Part shown: piece by piece, positions 26,175 through 38,587 of the stretch
Layout: each line of letters begins with the position of its first letter
Position numbering within the stretch: the stretch's first letter is position 1
NCBI RefSeq assembly: GCF_001194135.2
Contig: NC_068992.1
Span: forward strand, 16,111,575 to 16,170,577
Reading direction: 5' to 3'
Length of the DNA: 59,003 nt
Source of the DNA: Octopus bimaculoides
Lineage: Eukaryota
Notes under the pieces: model-generated
Seen by the model: the letters and a program-made list of their open reading frames with translations, nothing else
What the model was told of the DNA's origin: nothing
The model's database searches: none
Translations under genes and position numbers: made by a program

Positions 26175-26580
26175 GAGCAGCACTACGATGACAACAACCA
26201 CCACTACCACCATATCACAATCACCACCACAACTATTCTACCACTGTCACCACCACTACAAGCACCAACATCATCAGCAGCATTGTCATTGCTTCCACTT
26301 CAACCACATACACCGCCATCAACGTTATCATGATGGTTACCTTGACAGTCACTTTCACCGCCACAACCAGTATAACCACTGCAATACCACCATCACACAA
26401 CTAACACTATCATGAATACCACTATTAACACCATCCCCTCAGCATCACACCACTCCTGTCACCGTTATAACCACCGATACTATTTTATCCTCCTCCCATA
26501 CTTATCTTGACCATCGTCATCATCAACACTGTCTCTGCTTTCACCACAATCACCGTCAAAACTACGATCACCGCAATCAG
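26175..26580. repeat. Degenerate (CAC/CAT) trinucleotide low-complexity tract
   Basis: Direct reading; G-poor on the plus strand. Confidence 0.8.
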
Positions 26581-26864
26581 TTTCTTTACACAGTTGAAAA
26601 TCCATTATCTGATACTCATGTGGCCGAGATTGTTGCAGATTTTTTTTTCTAATTTAGGAGTGCTTTATATAAAAAAAATTGCATCTAAAAAATGGAACAG
26701 TTTGAGGATAGAAACCAATTCTAAACACAATAACTTATAGACAAACTCTGAATGCAGTTCTATGTAAATCTTTAATATTTTTTTAATACTTAAGACCATC
26801 AGAAATGTTAAGATATCAGCCTCTTCCCACGTTGTCATGCTTTGATTAAAAGGTTACAGAATAG

Positions 26865-27140
26865 ATTAGATTACTTAGATAAATTTTGGCCGAAGTTGAC
26901 TCAGGCCATGTTTAATTCAATAGCACCACCTGGAAGAGATACACAGTCAGCTCTTGGGAACCGTAGCCCATTCAAGCAGAGGGTTATTGTTTTCAGAGAC
27001 ATATCTGGGTGGGCGGTTTATCTGGTATTTGTTGGTGGTAATCATCTAGGGATCATTTGAATGTAGTGAAGACACTTTCCTCCTTTATGTGTTTCTGGCA
27101 CGATATTGAAGAGAGCAGGGCCAATTGAAGTGAAATAGTT
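26865..27140 (-). mobile_element. CR1/L2-group LINE 3' end
   Basis: Minus strand: FTSIGPALFNIVP...TFK*SLDDYHQQIPDKPPT/YVSENNNPLLEW, then the shared 31-nt motif and a short ATCTA-type tandem tail. Confidence 0.75.
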
Positions 27141-27360
27141 CTGTCATAGTGTTAAAAAGACTTTTCTTTTAAATTTACCAAAATTTAAGTTTTCAATAAT
27201 TTTTCAAAAATGTATTATTCATATTTACTGTTGANNNNNNNNNNNNNNNNNNNNNNNNNNNNNNNNNNNNNNNNNNNNNNNNNNNNNNNNNNNNNNNNNN
27301 NNNNNNNNNNNNNNNNNNNNNNNNNNNNNNNNNNNNNNNNNNNNNNNNNNNNNNNNNNNN

Positions 27361-27394
<34 letters not shown>

Positions 27395-29092
27395 GGTGTT
27401 TGGACGACATTTGACGACTATTATGCTTCCTTTTTTTCAGGAAAAGCTTGCTTGATTAGCGAACAGTGAACGGCGTTTGAGAGCCAAAAAATTAAAGTTG
27501 TTATTGAGAAAAAGTTTGCTGCCATTGCGGGAAGGAAGCCATCTCAATATCGGAAAAGAATCGCCAGTATCAAAATAATTAGCGATGGGTATCAAAATGT
27601 TGACAGATTGCCCGCTGCTCAGTGCTCTCTGAACAGTCTAAAGGTTTTAAGACATGCATGTAAGTATGTAGGTACGTAAGTATTTTTGTATGTATGTATG
27701 CATGAATGTACGTACGTATGTATATATTTAGGTATGTATATATGTACTTATGTCTGCGTGTACGTATGTATGCATATATGTATATACATACGTATGTAGT
27801 ATCTATACATGTATGTGTGTATATACACACACGTGTATGTATACACACGTACATAAGCTCTGAGCTGTCAACAAACTTGCCAAAGAATTTCTATAGTATT
27901 AGTTACAGTGAAATCTTTGGTCTTAATGTCTTTTCTTCATTTCACATATCATGTAGTTTTTAGCTCTGTTCGCACCAACTATTGAAATGATGTTGATTTA
28001 CCGATTCAAAGAATACGCCGATGTCATATTGTTCGGATCTATTTCATCAGTTCTAAAATTTAATGGTTTGAAGAAAATTTACCATTCTTATTTCTCAGGT
28101 CAGAGTTCATACGTACTTTTACAAAGATGTAAACAACATCACACGGACACTTGTATATACTTGTCTATGTTTCAGTCATATATCCTTACAGACAGACGTA
28201 TAAATATGTATGTATATATAAAACTATATACAAAAATATGCATATGCGTATATATATATATGCATATGTATATATATATTTAAACACACACACACACATA
28301 CATATATATGGTTGAACTATCTTGCTCTGTTTCTAATAAAATTTGCAGATGTAAATCTAGACTGAATAGGTACATCAAATGTCACTATGTCAGTTTGTAT
28401 CAGGCTTCGGAGATAAATCGAGCGTTTTTATGTCGTCTGTACGGAAACTTTGGCAATATTCTGCTAGACGAAAAAGGAATTTCTCGTCACATAACTAATA
28501 GACTATCTCTATCTCTTTCATAATTTAATTAACAATGTTTCTGAATCAAATTTGTACATAAACAATAGTTATTTATAAATATTTTCATAGTTATAACTTA
28601 TTTATTTATTCTGCTTGTAAATAATAATTAAATTGTAAATATCACTGAACTCGCTAATTTAGAATACATTGAAGTATTTTCATGTATAACTTGTGGATTG
28701 TGTGTAGGTAGCTTTAACAAATTGAGTGCTCAAGTATATGTGATCTGTCACTGTTGCTACTGAGAAAATCATACTCCATTAATGAACCGAGAGTCATTTT
28801 GTATATATATAAAATTATATCGGAGAATTTAGTTTGTGTTAGGAATATGCACAAAAGATGTAAACATTTCTAAAATTTCAAACCCTAAAATAAATTCTGT
28901 GGTACATTCTCAAACTCCAAACCAAATATAGGAGAATTTGTCTTGGAGTTCGAAAATGCACCTGAATCTCAAAAGATTAAATCTGTTTAACAATTTAAAA
29001 ACTACTACCCGTTTTGACATTCAGCTGCATTTTCAAAAGCCAAAACATTCTTCTGTATAATTATATATTTCTACGTGGAAATGCAGATATAT

Positions 29093-29094
<2 letters not shown>

Positions 29095-29173
<79 letters not shown>
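29095..29173. repeat. (CA)n microsatellite
   Basis: Direct reading; many other (CA)n, (TA)n and compound arrays throughout, e.g. 6062-6135, 7948-8005, 15990-16078, 44540-44945. Confidence 0.95.
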
Positions 29174-29176
<3 letters not shown>

Positions 29177-29384
29177 ATTATCCTAGAGATAATTCGATAT
29201 CTTCAACACCTTCGTGTCGTACTGCAGCTGTGTAGGTCCACGGAGGCCATGTTTTACCAAGTTTGTAAAATAGGAGTTGAAAAGAGATTATTTTGGTTCC
29301 CGTCAATCTTCTCTGTGACGTTCCGAAAGCATAGCATTATCGATTCTGACTGTAATAGTCAAATAAAACTAGAATCGCCTTAAC

Positions 29385-29460
29385 TTGACTGGTATCTCCT
29401 GTTATACGTTGAAAGGATGGAAGACATAATTAACTAGAGCGGGATTTAATACCCAAAAAG
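29385..29460 (-). mobile_element. SINE family B remnant
   Basis: GACTGGTATC...GAAAGGATGGAAGACA...GCGGGATTTAA, a weak match to the core. Confidence 0.4.
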
Positions 29461-30459
29461 ATACATGGTGTTTGTCCAGGGTTTTAATTATTTTTCACTT
29501 GATGCTTGCTTTATGTATCGTGGAATAGACACTCGTACACACACTTAGACACACACAAGTATATTTAGTATATGATTTAAGTTATAGAATTAGGTTCGAC
29601 GAATTCAATCATATTTATTATAAATGGAGGAGATTCGATATGCGTGTATTTTGTATTTATGAATAGTTGAAAAATTATGCATGTGGCGTAAAGTTTCTGT
29701 TGTTAATTTGATTACGGGGAACCTGTATTGAAATGCAATTTGGTTAAACATTGTCAGTTCACTGTTAATTTTATAGTCTTTGTGTATAAATAAACTAAAA
29801 TGCAGAATGGGTGCCATGTTCTTTTCAATTTATAAACAAATGAAATACGTTATTTATTGCGTTTTTCTACAGCAAACCCTCTAAAAATGTAAAATATTTC
29901 TGCCTCCCCAAATGTATGGAAGATTGGATAATGAACAAATAGAGCTCATTACTATGCACAAATGAGATAACACAAATTATGTGAGCAACTCCTCACTGAT
30001 TTAAACTTGGTGTTCGCAAGGACTTGGGCTAAGCTGTATAATTTGCAATAGCAACAAGTTCAATACTTATTTGAATATGTAAATGAGCTAATTATACTTT
30101 CAGATCTAATATATACATGAATTAGGGATAACATTCTACAATTTTGAAACTAGTTAATATTCCTAAAAAAAACCCCCCAGAAATCTTAGATGGACAAAAC
30201 ATGTCGAATGGCTCAAATAATTTTAACGCAGTAGTATGATATTATATTTGAAAGCTGGATGTGTGACGTGAGCACAAAGTCAGTTCTTTTTCACATATGG
30301 CTCGAGTGTTATACTCAAGAATGTTCCATTTTGTATAGGAGGGGCTTCAAAAGTATTGCAGCTGAGCTGATTCTCAATACAGAAAATTAGATTTTTTCCT
30401 ATTCACATAAAAGCCAACCAGAATAATAAATTTTCCCATAAAAAGTATTTTTGTATAGA

Positions 30460-30880
30460 GGCGAGCGTGGTTGTGTGGTAAGAAGCTTGCTTCCCAACAA
30501 TACGTTTCCGGTAAAGTGATAGTATGTTGTCAAATTAATGTGACAGTCCCATAAAAGGGAAGAATTCTACTGTTATTTAGCCATAGGAAACACCGTTTAT
30601 CGTGCTGCTACTGCATAAATCCCTCTCAGAGATTTAGAAATATATTATTGCCATATGGTTCCGGGTTTAGTCCCAACGCGTGGCACCTTGGGCAAGTGTC
30701 TTCTACTATAGCCTTGTGAGTTGACTCTGTAGAAGGAAACTAAAAGACGCCCGCTGCATATATATANNNNNNNNNNNNNNNNNNNNNNNNNNNNNNNNNN
30801 NNNNNNNNNNNNNNNNNNNNNNNNNNNNNNNNNNNNNNNNNNNNNNNNNNNNNNNNNNNNNNNNNNNNNNNNNNNNNNNN

Positions 30881-30922
<42 letters not shown>

Positions 30923-31158
30923 ATGTGTGTGTGTGTGTATATATATGTATGCGTGTATCTTTGTGTCAGTGTTTGTTCCCCCATCACAGATTGACAACCG
31001 GGGTTGGTGTGTTTACGTCTCCATAGGTTAGCGGTTCGGCAAAGGATATAGATAGAATAAGTACAAACAAAAACCCTGGGTCAATTTGTTTGACTAAAAC
31101 CCTTCAAGATGGTGCTCCAGCATGACCGCAGTACAGTGAGTGAAACAAGTAAAAGAAT
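30460..31158 (+). mobile_element. SINE family A with a 140-bp insertion in the head and an N gap in the microsatellite
   Basis: Colinear with 35366-35803 apart from 30512-30651. Confidence 0.8.
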
Positions 31159-32688
31159 AGGCCACCACATTGAAAGTTGGTCACAATTTTAAAAAATTAT
31201 ATTATTTATGAATACATAAAGCCAGTAAAGTTTTATCTGCCATCATTTCATCACAAATCACATATATTTCTCTGAAATGCCTGGGGAATTTCTCAAAAGC
31301 TTGTTAACAGTGACAGCCATTGTTGTTACTGGTACAATATACGGCCTGACGTGTTTTAAATGCTACACAATATGAAATTAAAAGAATTTGGCTACCTTGA
31401 TTAGCAGATCGATCGACGAGGTAGATGTTTGTCCCTGAACACGGGCCTCAAATTATAAACTGTCTGAAGAGGACCAATACTAAAACCGTTTACTGCACTG
31501 AATTGTGAATTTTGAAAGATTCGATATTAATTCCTCTCGCGAATGTCTTCACGTTTTACTGTCTTTGTTGATAACAATAGCAGTCAAATATCTCCCTTGC
31601 ATACTTTGTATAATGCTCGTAATGCTTAAAAATCTCTCCAAGGAAAGTGACAGCTGATTATGAGGTGTCTACAATTGTATAAGCACTATTAATTTCATCT
31701 CAGTATTATTGGTTCATTTCTCTTTACAAGTTTCCTAAGCAATACACCGCATATAGACCCGTGGGTATAAATGACACAAAGGAAATTAAAAGTGAAGCAG
31801 CTTCAATGAGAAAACGAAGTTTTGTAGTAAATGGCGTTTAAATTTTTATACAAATAAAAACGGGCTTATTTAAGGAGATATGTTTTGATGTTGGGAAAGA
31901 AACCGATCTCAAGAATTGATATTTACTCTTTTTTATGAATCTTAGAAAGAAGAAAAGGAAGTCAATGTTAATAGATTTAGGACGCAGAGGAAAATGAATA
32001 CATTAAATAAAAAGCAAGGCATTTATTACGACAAATTTCTGCCTGGCTATTAAACAGCGTGAGCGTTAATCAAATTTTTTGAAGGATATGTTCAATACAA
32101 TGGAATATAATATTTGAGCCAACGGCACTAGCTATTTCCACTTTTCAGTTTAATCGTAGTGAACCAATGAAGTGGTAGCTTGGTCGTTTGCTCCGATAAG
32201 GAAAAAGAAAAACAATATATTAACAATAATGTTAAATACAATACCTCCTTAACAGACTTACACATCTTTACACGTGTATTGTTGTCTGCCATTAAGAAAA
32301 CATGAAGAGGATATTCTACAATGCTTTGCAATAAACAACATCGGATGAAGATGTTGCTTCTTAATTGTGTTTTGCACATTTCCCATGTAAGTAGCTACGT
32401 ACGATATTATTTCAGTCGCATTATTATTTTCATGATTTTTTTCTTCTTCCGGCTACGGTTATACATAAACGTTCCAGAGAATTTTTAATACTATATGTCT
32501 AGACAACTATGGCTAGTGAAGGCTATCTGTAACGAACTAAACACTCTTAGTCAATAATATGAATATTTGTATACATGAATATAAAGTTACTGTAGCTGAA
32601 TTTATCTTCTACAGAAAATCATGGAGATATTACATGTCACAACAAAAATGTATAATTTATAACAGCTACATGGAAGCTAATAGGAAAC

Positions 32689-32900
32689 TACAAGTCGCTG
32701 AAAAGTTGCTGACTTTATGGGTGTCGCGAAAGGCTTGGTTGGAGGTCCAACCTTCCGAGTTCTTTTACAGAGTTTAGAAAAACTGAAGGACTGCTGCTAT
32801 AAGTGAGGAGAATACTCGTATGTTGAATAAAATCATAATTAACTGGTCCTCTGGTATTTTCTTTTATCCAAAGCGAAGAATATTTCAGCACTCCTTCGTA
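32689..32900 (+). mobile_element. Mariner-derived MITE (~210 bp internal-deletion derivative)
   Basis: TA at 32689-90 and 32899-900; imperfect TIRs (GCTGAAAAGTT.. / ..ATATTTCAGC); the interior encodes the mariner transposase C-terminus WLEVQPSEFF/QSLEKLKDCCYK*...YVE*. Confidence 0.75.
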
Positions 32901-33165
32901 TAGAATAGAGTTCTATATGATCCTGGTCCTATTTCTAGCTGAGTTTAGTTTCTCGTTCTTTTTAAGGGTTGCAATTAATAGATGTCACTCTTGTTGAAAC
33001 AGTTTACCAGCATATTTCTTTGAGACAGAAAGTTGACAATTTATTCGTATTTTTTGTGGTATGATTTTAAAAGGAATTTAAAAAAGGTTTGTTCAGAGCC
33101 TTCATTATTGAATAGCTCTAAGTATAATACGCACACGCGTTTAAACATACACACACACATACACA

Positions 33166-33197
<32 letters not shown>

Positions 33198-34834
33198 TAC
33201 ACACACACACACACACATCTACATGTCTTACTGTCTTTCTACGTGTTACTTGTAGCGTCATACGCTTCGTTTTATTTTCTCTTTCTCTCTTTTCAGAGCT
33301 TTGTCGCAATATATATGTGTGCGTTTGTGCGTGCGTGTGTATGTTTGAATGCATATATATGTTGTACTTCGAGTTATTCAAATGAATCTCTTTTCCCATA
33401 TAGTGGTGACTCTTTGTCATTAGACACAGCTTTATTTAATTAATGAAAAAAATTTGCATAACGAATATCATAGTTATTTTGCCTAGATTTGAAAAATTGA
33501 TAAAATTTCCGGAAAATATGCTGAATATATTCTTAATGAAAATTTACTTTAATAATAAAGTGTTTAAAATCTTTAATTAGGATTTCGCGAGTGGCCTGCT
33601 ATGCAAGCCAAATTTAATTAAAATACATGCCTGTATAAATTAACGCCAATCGTTATTCTCTTTTTGTACTACATTCTAGAAATCGTTTACTGTCTTTCGA
33701 TCATTGTTAGCTTATTCGTAGTTCGAGTTATTCTTAATGGATAAACTAAATAAATATTTATCGGAATAATCTTTCCAATAGTTGAGGCTATATTTGGGTT
33801 ACAATAGAATCCTCTCATTTCCCAGTTAATCGCAAGATATCCATCTTTAATACACAGCTCTTTTCTCTCCAAACGTCACCGAGATTCACTTATCTTACAC
33901 GGTGTATAAGAAGCAACTATTCATCTGTTTAGATGATAAATAAAATGATGCCCGTCTATTCAGGTTCCCTGAAAGTATTTGTCGCTTCATTGCCTTCTAT
34001 CTAACTAACATTCTTCTAGCTCTTTGTTATTCTGCTGATTTCTCAAGATCCTCATTGTTTTCTGTTTATAATACAGAGAGGAATTGTTATACAAAAGAGA
34101 CGTAGCACAGGTCATACGCACTAAGTTATTTGTATTCTTATTTCTGATTTACAATTTATAACTTCAAGCTAGTGGAATAAAAATCACTGCATACGTTGAA
34201 GCATGTGAACATGGAACTGAAACCACTGTAACGAAAATACTGTAATAGATTTTATCCAAAGCTCTATTTTCTCAACTAACCATTTTTTAAAGGTATTGTT
34301 TGCAGCGAATATATACGATTATATAAACTCCAGTACTTGATCAGTTCTTAATTTATCAATCCCACCATGGTGCTGAAAGCAAAGATTGACTATGGTGATA
34401 TTGAAACTTGAAATGTAAATTCCAGTTATTTTTGAGAAGGCAATCACAAGAAATTGAAACCCTTTCGTCATCCCCTTATTTCCTTGTGCTTATCTCTTGC
34501 AGTAATCAGTTTATGGTGCTGGTCTATTTCTGAATACACTCAAAAACGTTTGGCTTAAGTTGTAGGAAATATAAGAATAGAGACGTTAATGCCACTTTGT
34601 TAAGCATTAGCGGTTTAACCGAACTAAAGTATCTTTAGATTTAGTTTGGTACCAAAAGTAGTAAATCGATAATGTTTGAAACTCAAACAATAATTACCCC
34701 AACAAAGAGTGTTGGAATAGCTAAAACGATATCACGAGATATTAAATGCAGTGTGGTGCTTTGTTATGTATCTTGGCAGACTGAGTTCAGAACTTAGAAT
34801 ACCTGTGAATTAACATTACGGACCAAATAGCGGT

Positions 34835-35035
34835 CTCAAATTTCGGTACAAGGTCGGCAATTTTAAAAGACAGAATAAGTTAATTAGATCGACCCCAAAA
34901 TTCAAATAGTGCTGTTTTATCGATCCCGAAAGAATAAAAGAAAATCCTAATTTGAACTCAGAATATTAAGCAAAAGGAATGTCGATAAAGCAGTTTGTCT
35001 GACTCGCTATCGATTATGCCAGTTCGCTGCGTTTA
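34835..35035 (-). mobile_element. SINE family B, diverged
   Basis: CAAATTTCGGTACAAGGTCGGCAA...AGATCGACCCC...TTTATCGATCCCGAAAG...TTTGAACTCAGAA. Confidence 0.7.
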
Positions 35036-35365
35036 GCATGGGATTTCATAATAAATAACATTAATGAATTGTTAGCAATTTAATCGATTTTTTAGTCATA
35101 TCCTTTAACATCCCGGTATAGAAAAGTATCGCGAAGTAGCAGTACTCAATACTTTGTTGTATTTCTTTAAGTCTGCATTTAAAAGTTAAAGTCATTTAAA
35201 AAAAAAATTCTTTCTGTATGGAATTGGTAAACTAATTATAATGAAGTTAGTTCAGTCGATTTAGTGACCCTATTCCAATGTTCCTTTCTAAGAAATATCG
35301 ATTTCAATACCTATATAATCGACGTCATAATTAAAAACAAATCGGACCTGGGCAAGATTCAAAAT

Positions 35366-35526
35366 CGTGAGTGGCTGTGTGGTAAGTAGCTTGCTTACTA
35401 ACCACATGGTTCCGAGTTCAGTACGACTGCGTGGCACCTTGGGCAAGTGTTTTCTACTATAACCTCAGGCCGACCAATTCTTTGTGAGTGGATTTTCTAG
35501 ACGGAAACTGAAAGAAGCCCATCTTA

Positions 35527-35586
<60 letters not shown>

Positions 35587-35803
35587 GGTATATGTTTGTT
35601 CCCCCAACATCACTTGATAACCGATGCTGGTGTGTTTACGTCTGCGTAACTGAGCGGTTCGGCAAAAAAGACCGATAGGATAAGTACTAGGCTTGCAAAG
35701 AATAAGTCCTGGCGTCGATTTGCTCAACTGAAAGGCAGTGCTCCAGTATGGCTGCAGTCAAATGACTGAAACAAGTAAAAGAGTAAACTAGTGAAAGAGT
35801 AAA
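35366..35803 (+). mobile_element. tRNA-derived SINE family A, full length, with internal (TA)n
   Basis: A box TGGCTGTGTGGT, B-box-like GAGTTCAGTAC, body CACCTTGGGCAAGTGT, internal (TA)n, 3' end GACTGAAACAAGTAAAAGAG; homologous to five other copies in the window. Confidence 0.85.
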
Positions 35804-35869
35804 CATAATCAGCTATGACGTTTTTTTTCTATGAAGCTCGACCGAATACGAAATACATTTGCTAATTAC

Positions 35870-36096
35870 TGGTAGAATCTTTAGCACTCCGAGCAAAATG
35901 TTTTCCGGCATTTCGTCCGACTTCTCATTCTAAGCTCAAATTCTGCCGTGGTCAAATTTGCCTTTCATCTTTCGGGGTCGATAACATAAGTACAAGTTGC
36001 ACAATGGGGTCTATGTAATCGACTTATCCCCTACCCCCACCAAACTTACTGACCTTGTGCCAAAATTTGAAATCATTATTGTTGTTGTTGCCAAAC

Positions 36097-36146
<50 letters not shown>
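35870..36146 (+). mobile_element. SINE family B with (TTA)n tail
   Basis: GGCATTTCGTCCG...TTGCCTTTCATCTTTCGGGGTCGATAA...GACCTTGTGCCAAAATTTGAAATC, then (TTA)n. Confidence 0.8.
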
Positions 36147-36149
36147 GAA

Positions 36150-36314
36150 ACAAATGCCGCTGAGTTCGACTTTACCTCTCGTCCTTTCGGGGCGATAAAA
36201 TAGGTGCAGACTAAACACTCCTCCTATATTTGAGTCCTGGTAGTATAGTAAAAAGAGTTATTATTATTATTGTTGTTATTATTATCATTATTATTGTTTT
36301 TATTGTTGTTGTTG

Positions 36315-36391
<77 letters not shown>
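36150..36391 (+). mobile_element. SINE family B fragment followed by long (TTA/TTG)n
   Basis: GCCGCTGAGTTCGACTTTACCTCTCGTCCTTTCGGGGCGATAAAATAGG, then the array at ~36248-36391. Confidence 0.6.
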
Positions 36392-36393
<2 letters not shown>

Positions 36394-36754
36394 AGTTGGT
36401 ACATGCTTCATTAGCACGGATGTTGTCTTGATGTTAGTTGACAAATCTCCTCAAATCTCAAGGATCCTTCATTGGATTGGCACAAAATATTGTATTGTAC
36501 TGGAAAGAATATATATTTTATGCGAGATTACTGCAAAGATATTGCAAGCAGCAACGGATAGCAAATGATGCAGTTAATGAAGATTGTAAACTGTCGGAAA
36601 TAATTCAATCCATTATTTTTAATTGAATGTTTCCTGTTGAATAAGTTTCACTGATTTGGAGGGCTCTTTATAGCAGAACCGGCATAGCAACAGATTAAAT
36701 GCCTGTCCCTTTTTAGTTACATTCTTTGTTTTGTGTTGAAATCTTGCCCAAAAC

Positions 36755-36878
36755 GACTTTAACTGTCTTTCCTTCTACAACCGATAAAATAAAGTAGAAA
36801 TCAAGTAAAGTACTAGGGGTAGATGTAGTTAACTTTCCGTTCCCTCCAAACCTCTGGGTTTTTACCTATGTTAGAAAA
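36755..36878 (+). mobile_element. SINE family B remnant
   Basis: CCGATAAAATAAAGTAG...GTACTAGGGGTAGATGTAGTTAAC...CCTATGTTAGAAA. Confidence 0.45.
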
Positions 36879-37729
36879 CTTACCCCCATGACACAAATTG
36901 TGGAATGTTGAAGTGACAGAAACGTCCCTTTAATGTCTGGTGTGAAATCTCACCTCTGTTGACCTCCATGTTATCAGGACCGATTTTTACTCTTTCTTCA
37001 AATTGAGCAGATTTGTGCGTTAATGTTACGTTATTATAAATAGCAAATTCGACCCAACCGACATTTTGTTTCACTCGCAAACATTAAGTTTGTGCCTACT
37101 TAAGAAGTTCATAATATATTTACGCACATCCATGTATTATAATTTGTTTACACACAAAAATTCACAAGTGTGTTTCCTTTAAAATCAATAGAATATATTA
37201 TTATTATTGTTCTTTATAAATTCACCGAAAAATTCTGTATATATTGTGAAATTAATAAAAATGAAATCTTTGCATAAATAATGATCAGATGTAGAAAAAA
37301 TTGATTTGCTGTGTATGGCGTGATACATTGTTTCATAAATGATATTATTTACTGATCGTTTTACATTGAAATTAATTGAAACTATTTTGAACCAAGTCGT
37401 TAATCTTTCCATAAACAGAATAAGATGAGCGAACGAATAGAAGAGGAAATTTGTTTTAAGCCTGGTTTATATCGATTGCCTTATAAATTTAATGTATATT
37501 AAATGAACATCGTTACTATAACAACTCCTTTACATAAAACCCAATCAGGGAACCGCATTTATCGTTATATTACAATGCTTTCTAATTTTATGAAATGATT
37601 TTTTTTATTTTTGAAGTGAAGGTTGACAACAGAAATATATGAAATACATTATTAAAGATAACAAACTGTATCAGTTAAATTTTTCAGATGCCCAAGTGGC
37701 TGGTAACATAACCAGGTGATGTATATATC

Positions 37730-37950
37730 TGGTTTATAAAAGCTGGTCGGAAATGAACGTGTGTGCTCCCTCCTACTACTTATTTGCACGTGAAGTATTT
37801 TGCGTGTGGAGCACAGCACAATGTGCGGTTGTCATGGTAACTAGCTGTTAATGCCTCGCTCTCTGTTGATTGGTTAAAATTACCCCAATTCCACAACTTT
37901 ATTTTCAAGTAACATCAGATTCTTTAATTTGCGCGATAAAGTAATTGGTT
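37730..37950. promoter_or_regulatory. Candidate promoter: TATA, E-box, RFX X-box, two inverted CCAAT boxes
   Basis: TATAAAAG 37735-42; CACGTG 37787-92; GTTGTCATGGTAAC 37828-41; ATTGG 37869-73 and 37944-48; all in non-repetitive sequence. Confidence 0.4.
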
Positions 37951-38140
37951 GATCGTAATCGAAATTCAGAGTTGCATGAAAGCAATCTGTGCAAACTTAA
38001 AGGGAAGTCATTTTGCAAATGCAAAACACTAGATCCAATAGTAATGTTTTAAACATAATTGCGAGAGTTGTTGTTTTGACCATTACTTATTCAATATGAC
38101 GATGGACATTTTCTAATTTGACTAACATTTCTCTTTTAAG

Positions 38141-38278
38141 TTTTACAACAGTAAGACATCAACTGAGCAACATTTTAGATGCTGCTATTGGCACGGCCAA
38201 TACCGAGGTGCAGGTGGAACCATTGAACTACCAGAACATGGTTGCATAATACGACACAGCGTAGTAGACAGCAGATTC
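38141..38278 (+). other. Candidate spliced exon (138 nt)
   Basis: Branch point CTAAC (38122-26), pyrimidine tract ATTTCTCTTTTAAG, one fully open frame (FYNSK...GGTIELPEHG...DSRF) and donor GTGAGT at 38279. Confidence 0.3.
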
Positions 38279-38549
38279 GTGAGTAAATATACAAAGAGGT
38301 TATCTATTTAGATATCTCATTTCAGCCAGACTTCCAACAGTGGTTAGATTTATAACTTATTTTTGAAAAAAGTTGTACGGAAAATATATAATCTTGTTGC
38401 GGAAACTAAATGCCATATTACGAAACGGATTTTATTATTTTGTTCCAAAGATTTGTCATGTTATTTACATGTATTGCGTTTATAATTCTTTTATTACCTA
38501 TTGGTATTCTATGAATTTTAAACGTGTAAATTCCATGTTACACTTATGG

Positions 38550-38587
<38 letters not shown>

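Noticed and set aside
28025-28055. Minus-strand CTGATGA...GAAC as a hammerhead
   Set aside because: No stem II pairing and an incomplete second box.
30333-30365. Mariner TIR-like TATAGGAGGGGCTTCAAAAGT
   Set aside because: No partner TIR or transposase remnant was found nearby.
31464-31495. CTGAAGA...AAAAC as another hammerhead
   Set aside because: The GAAA box is absent (TAAAA) and no stem I or III complementarity was found.
37681-37708. 15-nt microexon (TTTTCAG|ATGCCCAAGTGGCTG|GTAACA)
   Set aside because: Modest donor and short pyrimidine tract; cannot be distinguished from chance without reads.
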